DNA from: an uncultured Acidobacteriota bacterium
GTDB lineage: Bacteria; Acidobacteriota; JAQAZP01
Length of the DNA: 64,000 nucleotides
NCBI GenBank assembly: GCA_963836075.1
Contig: CAWIIB010000009.1
Coordinates: forward strand, 1,760,001-1,824,000
Direction: 5' to 3'
Both the position numbers and the translations under genes were made by a program. Positions 1 through 10,181 of this stretch are shown piece after piece. Position 1 is the first letter of the stretch. The number at the start of each line of letters is the position of its first letter. Below the pieces are notes generated by a model. It was not told the origin of the DNA, did not search any database, and was given only the letters and a program-made list of their open reading frames with translations.

Positions 1-158
1 ACGTACCCACATTTTCCAATGCCGTGGTTGGCGATGATCTGCGGTAGCGTTCTTTCAGTTTGCAGCCTGCCCGATCGTGATACACTGAATACCCCGATCG
101 CCGATGCCAGAGAATTTTCCGACCTTTTGCCGGCCACCGTATAGAAGAGGACACCACC

Positions 159-2627
159 ATGAAACGCATCCCATTCATCGTCGTCATGATCCTGTTTCTG
201 TTGCCCCTGTCCGGTTGGGCACTGGACACCGACACCAGGGTGGTCAGCCCGGTCCAATCGTGGAGTGAAGCGGACCTGGCCACCTTCCATGACGGGTGGA
301 TCTACGTGAAGTTCGTCGAGGGATCCGATGTGCTGCTGCGGGACGGGCGGTTCAGCGACGAGAGCGGTCTCCGGCTTCAGACGGTGAACGGCCTGCTCCA
401 GGCCAGCAGCGCCAGCGATGTCCGGCCCACCTTCAAAGGCGACCGCGACCGGTTCCGCCGGCTGAAAGCGTTTGGCGAGGCGAAGTCTGGCGTCACCGGC
501 CCGGATCTCTCCCTCTGGTTCACTCTGCAGGTCCCGGGCGGCAAGGCCGCCCTGGCCCACACGCTCAACGCGCTCAACGCCGACCCGGCGGTGGAGATCG
601 CCCACCCGGCGCCGCAGGTGGAACTGGCAACGGTCCGGCCGGACCACCCGGCCAAAGCCGCGGCGCCCGCGCCGGGCGGCACCCCCGATTTCACCGGCGA
701 GCAGCACTATCTCTACGACCCGCCGGTGGGGCTCAATGCCCCGGCGGCCTGGTCGATTCCCGGGGGCAAGGGCGCGGGGATGAAGTTCATCGACGTGGAA
801 CTGGCCTGGGTGGAAGACCACGAGGATTTCACGGCGGACAACCACTTTTACCTCGGCGGTGCCCCGGAAGATCCGGGGTACAACGACCACGGCACCGCGG
901 TACTGGGCGAGGTGGTGGGCACACACAACAGCTATGGTGTGGACGGCTTTGCCGCCGACGTCCAGTTCGGCATGGTGGCCATCGACATCAACCAGTATCC
1001 CGATACGGCGCAGTACTTCCAGGAGGCGGTGGACAACCTCGATGCCGGCGACGTCTGGCTCATCGAGTTGCAGATGTACCCCTCGGGCCGCGACGCCACC
1101 CCCATGGAATACGTGCAGGTGAACTACGACGTGATATGGACCGGTGTCTTCTCCCGCGGCGTGGTCTGCGTGGAGGCCGGGGCCAACGGCAGCCAGGACC
1201 TGGATTCCGCTGTCTGGGGCGGGATCTTCGACCGCACGGTACGTGATTCGGGCGCGATCATGGTCGGCGCCGGCACCCCCACCGGACGGGTGGCTGAGTC
1301 GTTCACCAACTACGGCAGCCGGATGGATGTCCACGCCTGGGGATCTCAAATTTACACCACCGGATACGGGGACGCTTACAACGGCGGATCACTGCAGACC
1401 GAATACACCGCAAGCTTTGGCGGCACCTCCGGTGCCTCGCCGATGATCGTCGGCTCCTCGCTCTGCCTCCAGGGTATCGCCAGGGCCAACCTCCTGCGGG
1501 TGCTCGAGCCATTGGAGCTGCGGGCACTGCTCCACGATACCGGCATCGAGCACCTCGACCCGTCGCGGGAGATCGGCCCGCGGCCCGATCTCAGCGCAGC
1601 GGCGGCGATGGTGCTCAGCCTCGGCACACCGGTGGTGATCTGCGGCCCCGGACCAGGGATCGGCAACCCGCCGACGGTGCGACTCTTCCCGCCGGAGCAG
1701 GACGCCGGGATGTTGAGCGAGTTCCCGGCCTACGGCGCTTCCGGCTACGGGGTCAATGTGGACTGCGGAACGGTGGGCGGACTATCGGGCACGATCATTA
1801 CCGGTCCCGGCCCGGGGGACATCTACGGCCCCCATGTCCGCGGATTCACCGGCGACGGCACGCCGTTGCCCAGCCTCAGTTTCCTGGCCTACGGCACGCT
1901 GAAATTCGGGGTCAACGTGACCCTCGGCGACCTTGACGGAGACGGTGCCGCCGAGATCGTCACCGGTGCAGGCCCCGGTGCGGTCTTCGGCCCCCATGTC
2001 CGCGCCTTCAGCTACAACGGGTCGTCGGTCACCCCGGTGCCCGGAGTGAGCTATTTCGCTTACGGCACCAACCAGTGGGGGGTCAACGTGGGCTGCGGGG
2101 ACATCGACGGGGACGGCAGTGACGAGATCGTCACCGGCGCCGGGCCGGGCGCCATCTTCGGCCCCCACATTCGCGGTTGGAACGTGGACGGCGGTCCGGT
2201 GGCCACCATCCCGGCGGTGAGCTTCTTTGCTTACGGCACCAACAGGATGGGGGCCAACGTGGCCTGCGGCGACGTGGATGGTGACGGGATCGACGAGATT
2301 CTCACCGCCCCCGGTCCCTCCGGCGTTTTCGGGGCACACGTCCGCGGGTGGAACTTTGACGGGGGCACCGTGGCGGCCATCCCGGGGATCAACTTCTTTG
2401 CCTGGGACTATCCCGCGGTGCGGTTCGGTGCGCGGGTCTCTTCGGGGATCGACTACAACGGGGACGGTGGGGAAGACATGCTGGTCTCCCCGGGCCCCGA
2501 TCCGGAGGCTCCCGCGCAGCTCAAGGTCTTCGGCTACGACGGTTCCACCACATCGCTGCTGTTCTCGCTCAATGCCTTCGATACCGGGATCACCCACGGG
2601 ATCAATGCCGCGGGTGGAATGATCTAG
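159..2627 (+). CDS. Secreted S8 (subtilisin-like) serine peptidase with C-terminal FG-GAP-like tail A
   Basis: Signal peptide; catalytic motifs FIDVE, DHGTAVLG, EAGAN, GGTSGASP; RBS AGAGGA upstream; tail repeats from about 1632. Confidence 0.9.
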   Translation: MKRIPFIVVMILFLLPLSGWALDTDTRVVSPVQSWSEADLATFHDGWIYVKFVEGSDVLLRDGRFSDESGLRLQTVNGLLQASSASDVRPTFKGDRDRFRRLKAFGEAKSGVTGPDLSLWFTLQVPGGKAALAHTLNALNADPAVEIAHPAPQVELATVRPDHPAKAAAPAPGGTPDFTGEQHYLYDPPVGLNAPAAWSIPGGKGAGMKFIDVELAWVEDHEDFTADNHFYLGGAPEDPGYNDHGTAVLGEVVGTHNSYGVDGFAADVQFGMVAIDINQYPDTAQYFQEAVDNLDAGDVWLIELQMYPSGRDATPMEYVQVNYDVIWTGVFSRGVVCVEAGANGSQDLDSAVWGGIFDRTVRDSGAIMVGAGTPTGRVAESFTNYGSRMDVHAWGSQIYTTGYGDAYNGGSLQTEYTASFGGTSGASPMIVGSSLCLQGIARANLLRVLEPLELRALLHDTGIEHLDPSREIGPRPDLSAAAAMVLSLGTPVVICGPGPGIGNPPTVRLFPPEQDAGMLSEFPAYGASGYGVNVDCGTVGGLSGTIITGPGPGDIYGPHVRGFTGDGTPLPSLSFLAYGTLKFGVNVTLGDLDGDGAAEIVTGAGPGAVFGPHVRAFSYNGSSVTPVPGVSYFAYGTNQWGVNVGCGDIDGDGSDEIVTGAGPGAIFGPHIRGWNVDGGPVATIPAVSFFAYGTNRMGANVACGDVDGDGIDEILTAPGPSGVFGAHVRGWNFDGGTVAAIPGINFFAWDYPAVRFGARVSSGIDYNGDGGEDMLVSPGPDPEAPAQLKVFGYDGSTTSLLFSLNAFDTGITHGINAAGGMI
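1632..2627 (+). repeat. Tail A module; other copies at 6242-7243, 20093-21106, 22484-23486, 25885-26886, 54069-55073
   Basis: Six repeats with consensus EIVTGAGPGAVFGPHVRGWNYDG...FFAYGTLKYGVNVACGDIDGDG. Confidence 0.92.
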
Positions 2628-2634
2628 CGCCGGG

Positions 2635-5600
2635 CTAGCCGAAGAGGTCGAAGTCGCCGCCGAGGACGCGGTCGATGCGGCCGGTGCGCCAGCCGTTCAC
2701 CCCGTCACGGACCAGCGGTGACGGTTGTTCACGGTAGCGGCGGACCACCGTGGCGTCGGACGGTTGCGCTTCGCCGAGGGCATCACCGGCCTGCTTGACC
2801 CAGTCGGCCAGGTTGTCCCCGGCCGGCTCGTCCGGTTGGGCGGCCACCCGGACCCGGGCCTTGTCGCGGTGGAAGCCCTTGCCGTCCTGGCCCTCCTCCG
2901 GGGTCTCGAAGACGTGCAGTCCGTGCTCCGGGGCGAGGAAACGGTGGGCGCCGTATCCCGATACCGCGGCCAGCAGGCGGTACGGTTCATCACCGTCGCC
3001 CGATTCTTCCAGCACCCTGAGTTCCATCCGGCGCACCCGGGCCCACTCCTTGTACATCGTGGCGATCCGTCGGGCGAAGCGGTTGTTGCCGCCGGCGGTG
3101 GGCGTCGTGTCGATGGCCGACTCCACCAGCAGAAAGGCGTCCCGCGGCTCGCTGTTGCGCACCGTCTCGCAGGCCGCGTCGAGGAGGAATAGCCGCTGGG
3201 CCAGGCGCTGGACCAGCTGGCGCGGCACCCGCTCGCGGATCCGCTCCCCGTCACCGGTGAGCCGTTGGAACAGCGAGCGGGCGGTGCCGAACCCGGCCTC
3301 GATCCTGTCGAGGTATTCCACCTCGCCGAGGATCGAGAAGCGGTAGGGTGTGGACCAGAAGTCCTCCTGGCCGGTGAGGTCCAGCGCCGCCTGCTTGGTG
3401 TCACGGAATTCGGCCGACTCCACCGCCGTCCTGATCCGCTCGAAATGGGTGGCCAGCAGCTCCACCTCGGCTGCCGTGCCCCGCGGGTCGAGCACCAGTT
3501 TGCCCAGGTCCCGGACATCCTCCTCACCGGTCATGGCCGGCTCAGGTTGGCCGGGTTCCTCTTCCGGGATGTCGGGAGCGTCCGGATCGACGAACTCCAC
3601 CTCCAGCCCCTCGGCACCCCGGCGGAGAAAGAGGAACTGGTCCCCCGAGGGTGCCTCGTGCCCCACGATGGCCGAGGCCAGCGGGGTGAGCAGGTAGCGC
3701 TCCACGGCCCGTTTCAGCGGCCGGGCGCCCAGCTCGGTGGTGAATCCCTTCTCCAGCAGAAACTCCAGGGCCGCCTCGTCCCAGACCACGACCCAGGAGC
3801 GGTTGCGCAGGCCGCGCCGCTGGAAGGCCTCCTCCAGTTCCTTGTTCAGGATGCGGCGGATCACCTCCCGGCCCAGGGGCCGGAAGATCACCACCCGGTC
3901 GAGGCGGTTGAGGAATTCCTTGCGGAAGGCCTTCTGCACCGCGTCCCGCACCTCCCCGGGGTTGAAGGGCGCCTTCTCGCCGGTGAAGCCGAGACCGCCG
4001 GCGCTGCTGATCGCCGCGCCGAGATTCGAGGTGAGGATGAACAGGGCGTGGCGGCAGTCGGTGGTCAGACCGCGCCAGTCGGTGAGCCGGCCGTCGTCGA
4101 AGACCTGGAGAAAGATATCCCAGACCCGGGGGTGGGCTTTTTCGAATTCGTCCAGCAGCACCACCGAGAAGGGCTGTTTGCGGATCTGCTCGGCCAGAGA
4201 GAGCCCGCGCACCTCGGACTGCTCCTCGCCGAAGATCCGGCCCATGCTGTCCGCGGTCTGCAGCTCGCTCATGTCCAGCCGGATCATCCGTTCCGGAGAG
4301 CCGAAGAGGAACTCGGCCAGGGTCTTGGCGATCTCGGTCTTGCCGGTGCCGGTGGGCCCGGCAAAGAGGAAGACTCCGAAGGGCCGGGTGGGATCGTTCA
4401 GCCCGGCCTTGATCATCGTCACCCGGTCCACCAGGCAGTCCACCACTTCGGGTTGGCCCACCACCCGTGAGGTGAACAGCTCGCGAAGACCGGTTATGTC
4501 CAGGGCCTGCCGCTCGTCCAGCAGGCTGGACGGCAGGCCGCTGGTCCGGGCCAGGGTTTCGATCAGGTCGTCGAGGGTCAGCGGCGTGTCGCAGGTGCCT
4601 CCCGGGCCGGCCACCCGGTGGCGGGTCTGCTCCAGCAGGTCCATCAGGCTCCCCGGAGCAGACCGGTGGGCCAGGTACTGGCGAGAGAGGAGCCAGGCCT
4701 CGCGGATGGTCTCCTCACTGAGCAGCGGTTGGCCCGAGCTGGTGGCCAGGCCGGCCGCCCACCGGCCGGCCAGCTGCTGCGCTTCCTCGGCCTGCATCGG
4801 CTCCAGGCGGAGGGCGTCGAAGGCGTCGGCACAGCGGTGGTGGGTCTGCAGCAGCTGTTCAAAGGCCCGGGTGGTCACCTCGCCCAGCACGGTGAACCGG
4901 CTGTTGGCGATCTGGGGCAGGATCACGTCGAGGACGCAGACCGGGCTGGCTGAGTGCTTGCCGGTGTAGGCCAGCATCTGGAAGGCGGGGACATACCACA
5001 GGATGCGGCGGCCGGTCAGCCGGTCGGTGAGCTGGCGCAGCCGTTCCTCCAGCTGGCCGATGTAGACCTGGCCGGCGAGGATGTCCGAGTGGTCCGCCTC
5101 GAAAATCACCCACCCCCGGGCCTGGAGCCGCTGGGCCAGGGTGCGTACCACGGTGGTCTTGCCGGTGCCGGCCTCGCCCACCAGCAGCATGGAACGGGGG
5201 GGCGTGCTCAGCACATTGGCCTCCAGCCGGTCCAACGCCTTCTCCAGCTCAGGTGTGCGTACCAGGCCCTTCGCCGGGGTGTCGCTCCAGACCCGGCCCA
5301 TGCCCTCCAGGAAGCTGATATCCACCGCTGTCCGCTCCATCTCCCGCAGCTCGGCAAGGAGCGGGTCGCCCAGCGAGCGGTCCAGCCGCTGGAGCAGTTC
5401 CACCAGCAGTTCCTTCTTCTCTTCTTCCAGCGGTCTGGTCAGCGAACCGAAGGTCAGTTTCTCACCTTCGGCCACCCTGGCGCGGGCCAGGTCCTCGAAA
5501 AAGGCGAAGGCCTGTGGATTCTGCCAGCTCTCCTCCATGGCGAGCAGGAAGGGGCCCACCAGCGGTTCGTCGGACGGCGTGTGGGCGCGCAGCATTTCCA

Positions 5601-6081
5601 GGCCGAAGAAGCGGGGCCAGGGGGCGATGTGGTTGAGCCTGGTGCGCACGTAGTCGTTCAGCTGCCCCCCGTCCGGCCTGCGGGCCAGCGATTCCAGGGC
5701 CATGCAGGAGAGCAGCTGGTTGTCGCCAAAGGCGAAATCGCGAACGTCGGTGATGGTGAAGGCCGAACTGAGCAGGTGGGCCACCGCCAGCTCGAACTCG
5801 TCGGTTCCCCGCAGGTCGGCCGGGTGGGCCGTGGACTGGTAGAAGCCTTCGATCTCCTGGGCAATGGTGTAGAGCTGGATCCGCAGGGCCACGGCGTCGC
5901 CGCGCTGGGGCGTGGGCGACGGCGGCTCCGGCTGCCCCTGCTTTCCCTCCAGGTCGGCGGGCAGATACGGTGTTTCCTGCACACTCCGCCGTTGCCGCGC
6001 TCTTTTGGCCAGGCGGTCGTTGACCAGGAACACGATGACCATGAACAGGATGCCGAGGCAGAACGCGCCGTAAAATTCCAT
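2635..6081 (-). CDS. Clp/Hsp100-type AAA+ ATPase with N-terminal TM helix and C-terminal release factor 2-like (PCRF) region
   Basis: Walker A GEAGTGKT and GPTGTGKT; D2 motifs VVLLDEFEKAH, DDGRLTD, EFLNRLD, GARPLKR; C-terminus resembles RF2 by eye (MYKEWAR, EHGLH, VRRY..P..LVRD...G..DRVLGGDFD). Confidence 0.85.
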   Translation of the reverse strand: MEFYGAFCLGILFMVIVFLVNDRLAKRARQRRSVQETPYLPADLEGKQGQPEPPSPTPQRGDAVALRIQLYTIAQEIEGFYQSTAHPADLRGTDEFELAVAHLLSSAFTITDVRDFAFGDNQLLSCMALESLARRPDGGQLNDYVRTRLNHIAPWPRFFGLEMLRAHTPSDEPLVGPFLLAMEESWQNPQAFAFFEDLARARVAEGEKLTFGSLTRPLEEEKKELLVELLQRLDRSLGDPLLAELREMERTAVDISFLEGMGRVWSDTPAKGLVRTPELEKALDRLEANVLSTPPRSMLLVGEAGTGKTTVVRTLAQRLQARGWVIFEADHSDILAGQVYIGQLEERLRQLTDRLTGRRILWYVPAFQMLAYTGKHSASPVCVLDVILPQIANSRFTVLGEVTTRAFEQLLQTHHRCADAFDALRLEPMQAEEAQQLAGRWAAGLATSSGQPLLSEETIREAWLLSRQYLAHRSAPGSLMDLLEQTRHRVAGPGGTCDTPLTLDDLIETLARTSGLPSSLLDERQALDITGLRELFTSRVVGQPEVVDCLVDRVTMIKAGLNDPTRPFGVFLFAGPTGTGKTEIAKTLAEFLFGSPERMIRLDMSELQTADSMGRIFGEEQSEVRGLSLAEQIRKQPFSVVLLDEFEKAHPRVWDIFLQVFDDGRLTDWRGLTTDCRHALFILTSNLGAAISSAGGLGFTGEKAPFNPGEVRDAVQKAFRKEFLNRLDRVVIFRPLGREVIRRILNKELEEAFQRRGLRNRSWVVVWDEAALEFLLEKGFTTELGARPLKRAVERYLLTPLASAIVGHEAPSGDQFLFLRRGAEGLEVEFVDPDAPDIPEEEPGQPEPAMTGEEDVRDLGKLVLDPRGTAAEVELLATHFERIRTAVESAEFRDTKQAALDLTGQEDFWSTPYRFSILGEVEYLDRIEAGFGTARSLFQRLTGDGERIRERVPRQLVQRLAQRLFLLDAACETVRNSEPRDAFLLVESAIDTTPTAGGNNRFARRIATMYKEWARVRRMELRVLEESGDGDEPYRLLAAVSGYGAHRFLAPEHGLHVFETPEEGQDGKGFHRDKARVRVAAQPDEPAGDNLADWVKQAGDALGEAQPSDATVVRRYREQPSPLVRDGVNGWRTGRIDRVLGGDFDLFG

Positions 6082-6241
6082 AACTGAAGGATCTCCTACC
6101 GCATCCTAAGCTTTCACTGTGAGGGAAATCAAGGAAGGCTGGTGGCAGGCCCGGTCATGTCCTGTTGCTCCTGAGCGATATCAGGGAGCATAGCGACAGG
6201 AGCGCAGGAGCAACAGGACATGACCGGGCGATATCGGACTC

Positions 6242-8917
6242 TCAGTCTCCGGTGCGGAAGAACTGTCCGCCGGCCACCCGTCCGCCGTGGGTCTGCCCGC
6301 TGATCGCGGAGAAATAAGCGGAGTAGATGATCTGCCCCGTGGCGGAGAGGCTGAAGTAACCCACGTTGCAACCGGTGCCCGGGTCCGGGCCCGGGGCCAC
6401 GATAAACTCGTCCGCACCGTCGCCGTCCAGGTCGGTGCAGGCCACCACGGCGCCGAAGTCGTTGCCGAGGGCGAAGAAGTTGACCTCGGACATGGGGTTC
6501 ACGGCAGCGCCGTCGTAGTTGAACCCGCGGATATGGGCGCCGAAGATCTCACCCGGCCCCGGTCCGGTGATGATCTCCGCCATCCCGTCGCCGTCGATGT
6601 CGCCGCAGGCCACGTTGACCCCGTATTTCAGCGTGCCGTAGGCGAAGAAACTCACTGCCGGGTTGGCAGAGGCCGGCGGGGCGCCGTCGTAGTCCCACCC
6701 GCGCACGTGGGGGCCGAAAACGGCGCCCGGTCCCGCGCCGGTGACGATCTCGTCGAACCCGTCACCATCGATGTCGCCGCAGGCCACGTTGACACCCCAC
6801 TTGAGCGTTCCGTAGGCGAAGTAGCTGGCCCCCGGCAGGGGGATCACCGGAGACGCACCGTCGTAATCCCATCCGCGCACGTGGGGACCGAAGACGGCGC
6901 CCGGTCCCGCGCCGGTGACGATCTCGTCAAAGCCGTCCCCGTCCAGGTCGCCGGCGGTCACATTGACCCCGTACTTGTTGGTGCCGTAGGCGAGGAAGGA
7001 GACCCCGGACAGCGGTGTGCCGTCCAGCTCAAAGGCCCGCACGTGGGGGCCGAACACCGCCCCCGGGCCCGGCCCGGTGAGGATCTCGTCGATGCCGTCC
7101 CCGTCCAGGTCGCCGGCGCCCGGGTTGGCGCCGTAGCGGTCAACCCCGTAGGGCACGATCTCTTCGCCCAACTGGTCGGTGTTGCGTTCAAAGGTCCGCA
7201 CCGCGCAGCGGTTTGTCCCGGCAGGGCCGGGGGCGACCACCGCCCCGCCAGTGCCTCTGAGCTTGTAGAGCAGCCAGAGGTCCGGGTCGAGAATCACTCG
7301 CGTGGGCTGCGGGAGCACGGCGATGGCATAGGTCTCGCTGGCCTGGTGCATTCTGACAGTCTCACGCTGCGTGCCCTCCGGCGTGACGATGGCCAGTTCC
7401 AGCGGCGTGTCGAACAGCGGGGTCTGCGCATTGACCTCCTGCACCTGGTCGACGGTCAGGGAGAGCACGCCCCCGGCCCAGCTCCACTCGTAGCGAAATT
7501 CGGGGTAACCGGCCAGGTAGACCCACTGCTGGAAGAAGGTCTCCAGGTCGAGACCCGAGATATCCTCGGCCGCGGCGATAAAGTCCTCGGTGGTGGCGGT
7601 GGAATAGGCGTGGCGAGTGGCGTACTCGTGGAAGATATCGGCGAACACCTCGTCCCCGGTCATCCGGCGCAGCATGTGCAGCACCCAGGAGCCCTTGTAG
7701 TAGACGGTGAGCCCAAACCAGTAGTCGGGGTCATAGAGCGGGTAGCGGCCCCAGGATTCTTCGTGGCTGAAATACTGCCGGCGGCGGTTCTCCATCCAGC
7801 CCAGGAAGCTGTCGCGGCCGTAGTGGTGTTCGTCGAACAGGGCGTCGAAGTAGGTGGCGAACCCCTCGTTGAGCCAGATGTTCTCCCAGCCGTGGCAACC
7901 AACCAGGTTGCCCCACCAGTGGTGGGCCAGCTCGTGGGCCACCACCCACTCCCAGTCCCGGGAGCCGGTGACCCACTGGGATTCCATGGTGACCATGGTC
8001 TGGTGTTCCATGGTGGACCCGGCGGCGGCCATGGCCTGGCCGAAGGTGGGATAGGGGTAGGGGTAGTAGTTGTCGGAGAAGAAGTCGATCATCTCCGGCA
8101 GGTTCTCCCAGTCGTAGACCGCGTCCTCCATCCGGTCGGGGTAGACGAAGTGTTTGAGCGGCACGCCGCCGGCAGTGGTCTGGGTGTAGTTGTCGTAGTC
8201 CGAGACGGCGAGCATGATCAGGTAGGTGGCGATGGAGTAGTCGTGAAAGTAGTTCCAGGTCATGGTGCCGTCGCCGTTGTCCACCGTGCTCAGCAGGTCG
8301 CCGTTGGAGGCCACCTTCATCGACTGCGGGGCGGTGATGTGCCCGCGGTACCAGTCGGCCCGGTCCTCGGGCAGGTCGCGGCAGGGATACCAGTAGCGGG
8401 ACCCTTCCGGCTCGGTGATCGTCCAGCAAACGCCCCCATTCTGGTCGTCGAAGTGCAGTCCGGTCACCGGTGTTCCGTGGTAGCTGATGGCGAACGACCG
8501 CTCCTCGTCGAGGCCCATGGGCGTGGCCGGCTGAATAATCAACGCCGCGTCGTTGTGATGCCAGGACACCGGGATGGCCCCGCTCTCCACCACGTCCAGA
8601 ACCGTCATCTGCACCAGATCGAGGGTAAAGCCGGTGCACCCCGCTTCCAGGCTGCGCACGCCCACGGTGCAGACGGCGCTGATATATTCCGCGTCGAAGT
8701 CGAGGGTGATGTCGATTTCGTAGGAGACCACATCGATGTTGTCGCTGGAAGAGCTCTCCCTGGTTTCGTGGTTGCGGTGTTCCCAGGCGGGTGCGGGCTG
8801 TGGACCCTTGCCGGCATCGAGGATTTCGTCAGGGATCCTCGCCTCCAGTGGGGCTGAGGGAAGAAGGCCGAGAACGAGGACAAGAAGAAGGACTGCTGCA
8901 CCGCTGCGATTGCGCAT
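6242..8917 (-). CDS. Secreted M1 family zinc aminopeptidase with tail A
   Basis: Signal peptide; HELAHHWWGN...WLNEGFATY (HEXXH-X18-E), STMEH, YYKG; tail repeats in 6242-7243. Confidence 0.92.
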   Translation of the reverse strand: MRNRSGAAVLLLVLVLGLLPSAPLEARIPDEILDAGKGPQPAPAWEHRNHETRESSSSDNIDVVSYEIDITLDFDAEYISAVCTVGVRSLEAGCTGFTLDLVQMTVLDVVESGAIPVSWHHNDAALIIQPATPMGLDEERSFAISYHGTPVTGLHFDDQNGGVCWTITEPEGSRYWYPCRDLPEDRADWYRGHITAPQSMKVASNGDLLSTVDNGDGTMTWNYFHDYSIATYLIMLAVSDYDNYTQTTAGGVPLKHFVYPDRMEDAVYDWENLPEMIDFFSDNYYPYPYPTFGQAMAAAGSTMEHQTMVTMESQWVTGSRDWEWVVAHELAHHWWGNLVGCHGWENIWLNEGFATYFDALFDEHHYGRDSFLGWMENRRRQYFSHEESWGRYPLYDPDYWFGLTVYYKGSWVLHMLRRMTGDEVFADIFHEYATRHAYSTATTEDFIAAAEDISGLDLETFFQQWVYLAGYPEFRYEWSWAGGVLSLTVDQVQEVNAQTPLFDTPLELAIVTPEGTQRETVRMHQASETYAIAVLPQPTRVILDPDLWLLYKLRGTGGAVVAPGPAGTNRCAVRTFERNTDQLGEEIVPYGVDRYGANPGAGDLDGDGIDEILTGPGPGAVFGPHVRAFELDGTPLSGVSFLAYGTNKYGVNVTAGDLDGDGFDEIVTGAGPGAVFGPHVRGWDYDGASPVIPLPGASYFAYGTLKWGVNVACGDIDGDGFDEIVTGAGPGAVFGPHVRGWDYDGAPPASANPAVSFFAYGTLKYGVNVACGDIDGDGMAEIITGPGPGEIFGAHIRGFNYDGAAVNPMSEVNFFALGNDFGAVVACTDLDGDGADEFIVAPGPDPGTGCNVGYFSLSATGQIIYSAYFSAISGQTHGGRVAGGQFFRTGD

Positions 8918-8996
8918 GATCTATCTCCTGGATGTGACGACCTCTGAGTTCCACATCCAGGAGTTTATCACGCGATGGATGCCGGTTCTCTCTTTC

Positions 8997-9605
8997 CTAT
9001 TCGTAGAACATCCAGCTGGCGTATTCGCCGGTGCGGTCCCACTCCTCCCAGCCGTTCTTGTAGTAGGCGATCACGTCCTTGATCTGCTGGGCCTGAAGAA
9101 AGCCGACGTGGACAAAGAGGGTGTGCCCCTTGGGCGAGTATAAGCGGTGCTCGGGCACGGTCTTGTACCAGAGTTCCGCCGCCACCACGCGCTCCTTGGG
9201 CAGGTTGAACCGGGCGGCCCACTCCTTGGCCGTGTCCACGGTGGCATGGTCGTTGTAGGCGTTGCTCTTGCCGGTCATCACGGTGAGGAAGACGATCTCG
9301 TCCCCCAGTTCATGCTCCACGCTCTGGGTCACCGGTGTCTGCTGGGCGCAGGCCGGGCACCAGGTGGCGGCATACTCGCACCAGACAAAGCGCCCCTCGA
9401 AGTCGGTCATCGAGACCCCGCGTCCCAGGGCGTTGGGCCGCGGTTTCTGCGTCCGTCCGGTGGAGTAGGAGTCGTCCCCCATGTTGCCCACCACCTTGTC
9501 CAGGTCCTTCATCTTGCCCCAGGAGCGTTTCACCGGCCCGTCGTCGCCGCAGCCGCACAGGGCGACCATCGTGATGAGAATAGGGAGCAGGCGTGCCTGT
9601 TTCAT
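8997..9605 (-). CDS. TlpA/thioredoxin-like lipoprotein
   Basis: Lipobox-like ALCGC; WCPAC redox motif. Confidence 0.8.
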   Translation of the reverse strand: MKQARLLPILITMVALCGCGDDGPVKRSWGKMKDLDKVVGNMGDDSYSTGRTQKPRPNALGRGVSMTDFEGRFVWCEYAATWCPACAQQTPVTQSVEHELGDEIVFLTVMTGKSNAYNDHATVDTAKEWAARFNLPKERVVAAELWYKTVPEHRLYSPKGHTLFVHVGFLQAQQIKDVIAYYKNGWEEWDRTGEYASWMFYE

Positions 9606-9707
9606 GGTGCGCGTACCTCAACATTGATGATGGTGCTGATGGTGTTGTTGGGCCAAGAATGACGCGAAGCGGGCGGGGAGTCAAGCGGGACTGTACCGTG
9701 CCCGGGT

Positions 9708-10181
9708 TTATCCCCAGGACCAGATGTTGTAGACCGCTTCCTTGGGCAGCTTCTCGCCGGAGATGCGCATGCTGACCACCACCAGGGCGCGGTGGTGCGC
9801 TTCGTGGGCGATGAGGTAGGCGAGGAAGGTGGATGGCGGACCGTTCCAGCCTCTGACCAGCCCGGTGCGCTCACTGGCCTCGAGAAACGCGCCCATCATC
9901 TTGGCCGACCCGGTGAGCGCGGCGATGAGCAGGGCCCGGTTGGGCTGTGCTCCCCGCTCAAAGGTCTGCAGCTTGCCCATGAACTCCGGCCCCCGTTTGT
10001 TCAGGTGGAAGACGCGCACGTTGTGCATGTGGGCCAGCTGGGCGGCCACGGTCCTGGTCCGCGGCGAGTAGCGGTGGGCCAGCGACTTTTCCTGAAGGTG
10101 GTCCAGCAGGTAGAGATTGGCATCGGTGTTTCGCTGCCAGGCGGCAGCCATGCTCGATTCCCTGTCAGACACGTTGATCAC
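9708..10181 (-). CDS. DinB family protein
   Basis: TVAAQLAHMHN and LIAHEAHHR histidine motifs; about 150 aa. Confidence 0.8.
   Translation of the reverse strand: MINVSDRESSMAAAWQRNTDANLYLLDHLQEKSLAHRYSPRTRTVAAQLAHMHNVRVFHLNKRGPEFMGKLQTFERGAQPNRALLIAALTGSAKMMGAFLEASERTGLVRGWNGPPSTFLAYLIAHEAHHRALVVVSMRISGEKLPKEAVYNIWSWG

Noticed and set aside
6287-8857. Long antisense and alternate-frame ORFs (also 25870-28353, 48926-51103, 51819-53942, 11762-13282)
   Set aside because: Shadow ORFs expected in high-GC coding DNA; they carry no motifs and overlap well-supported genes.
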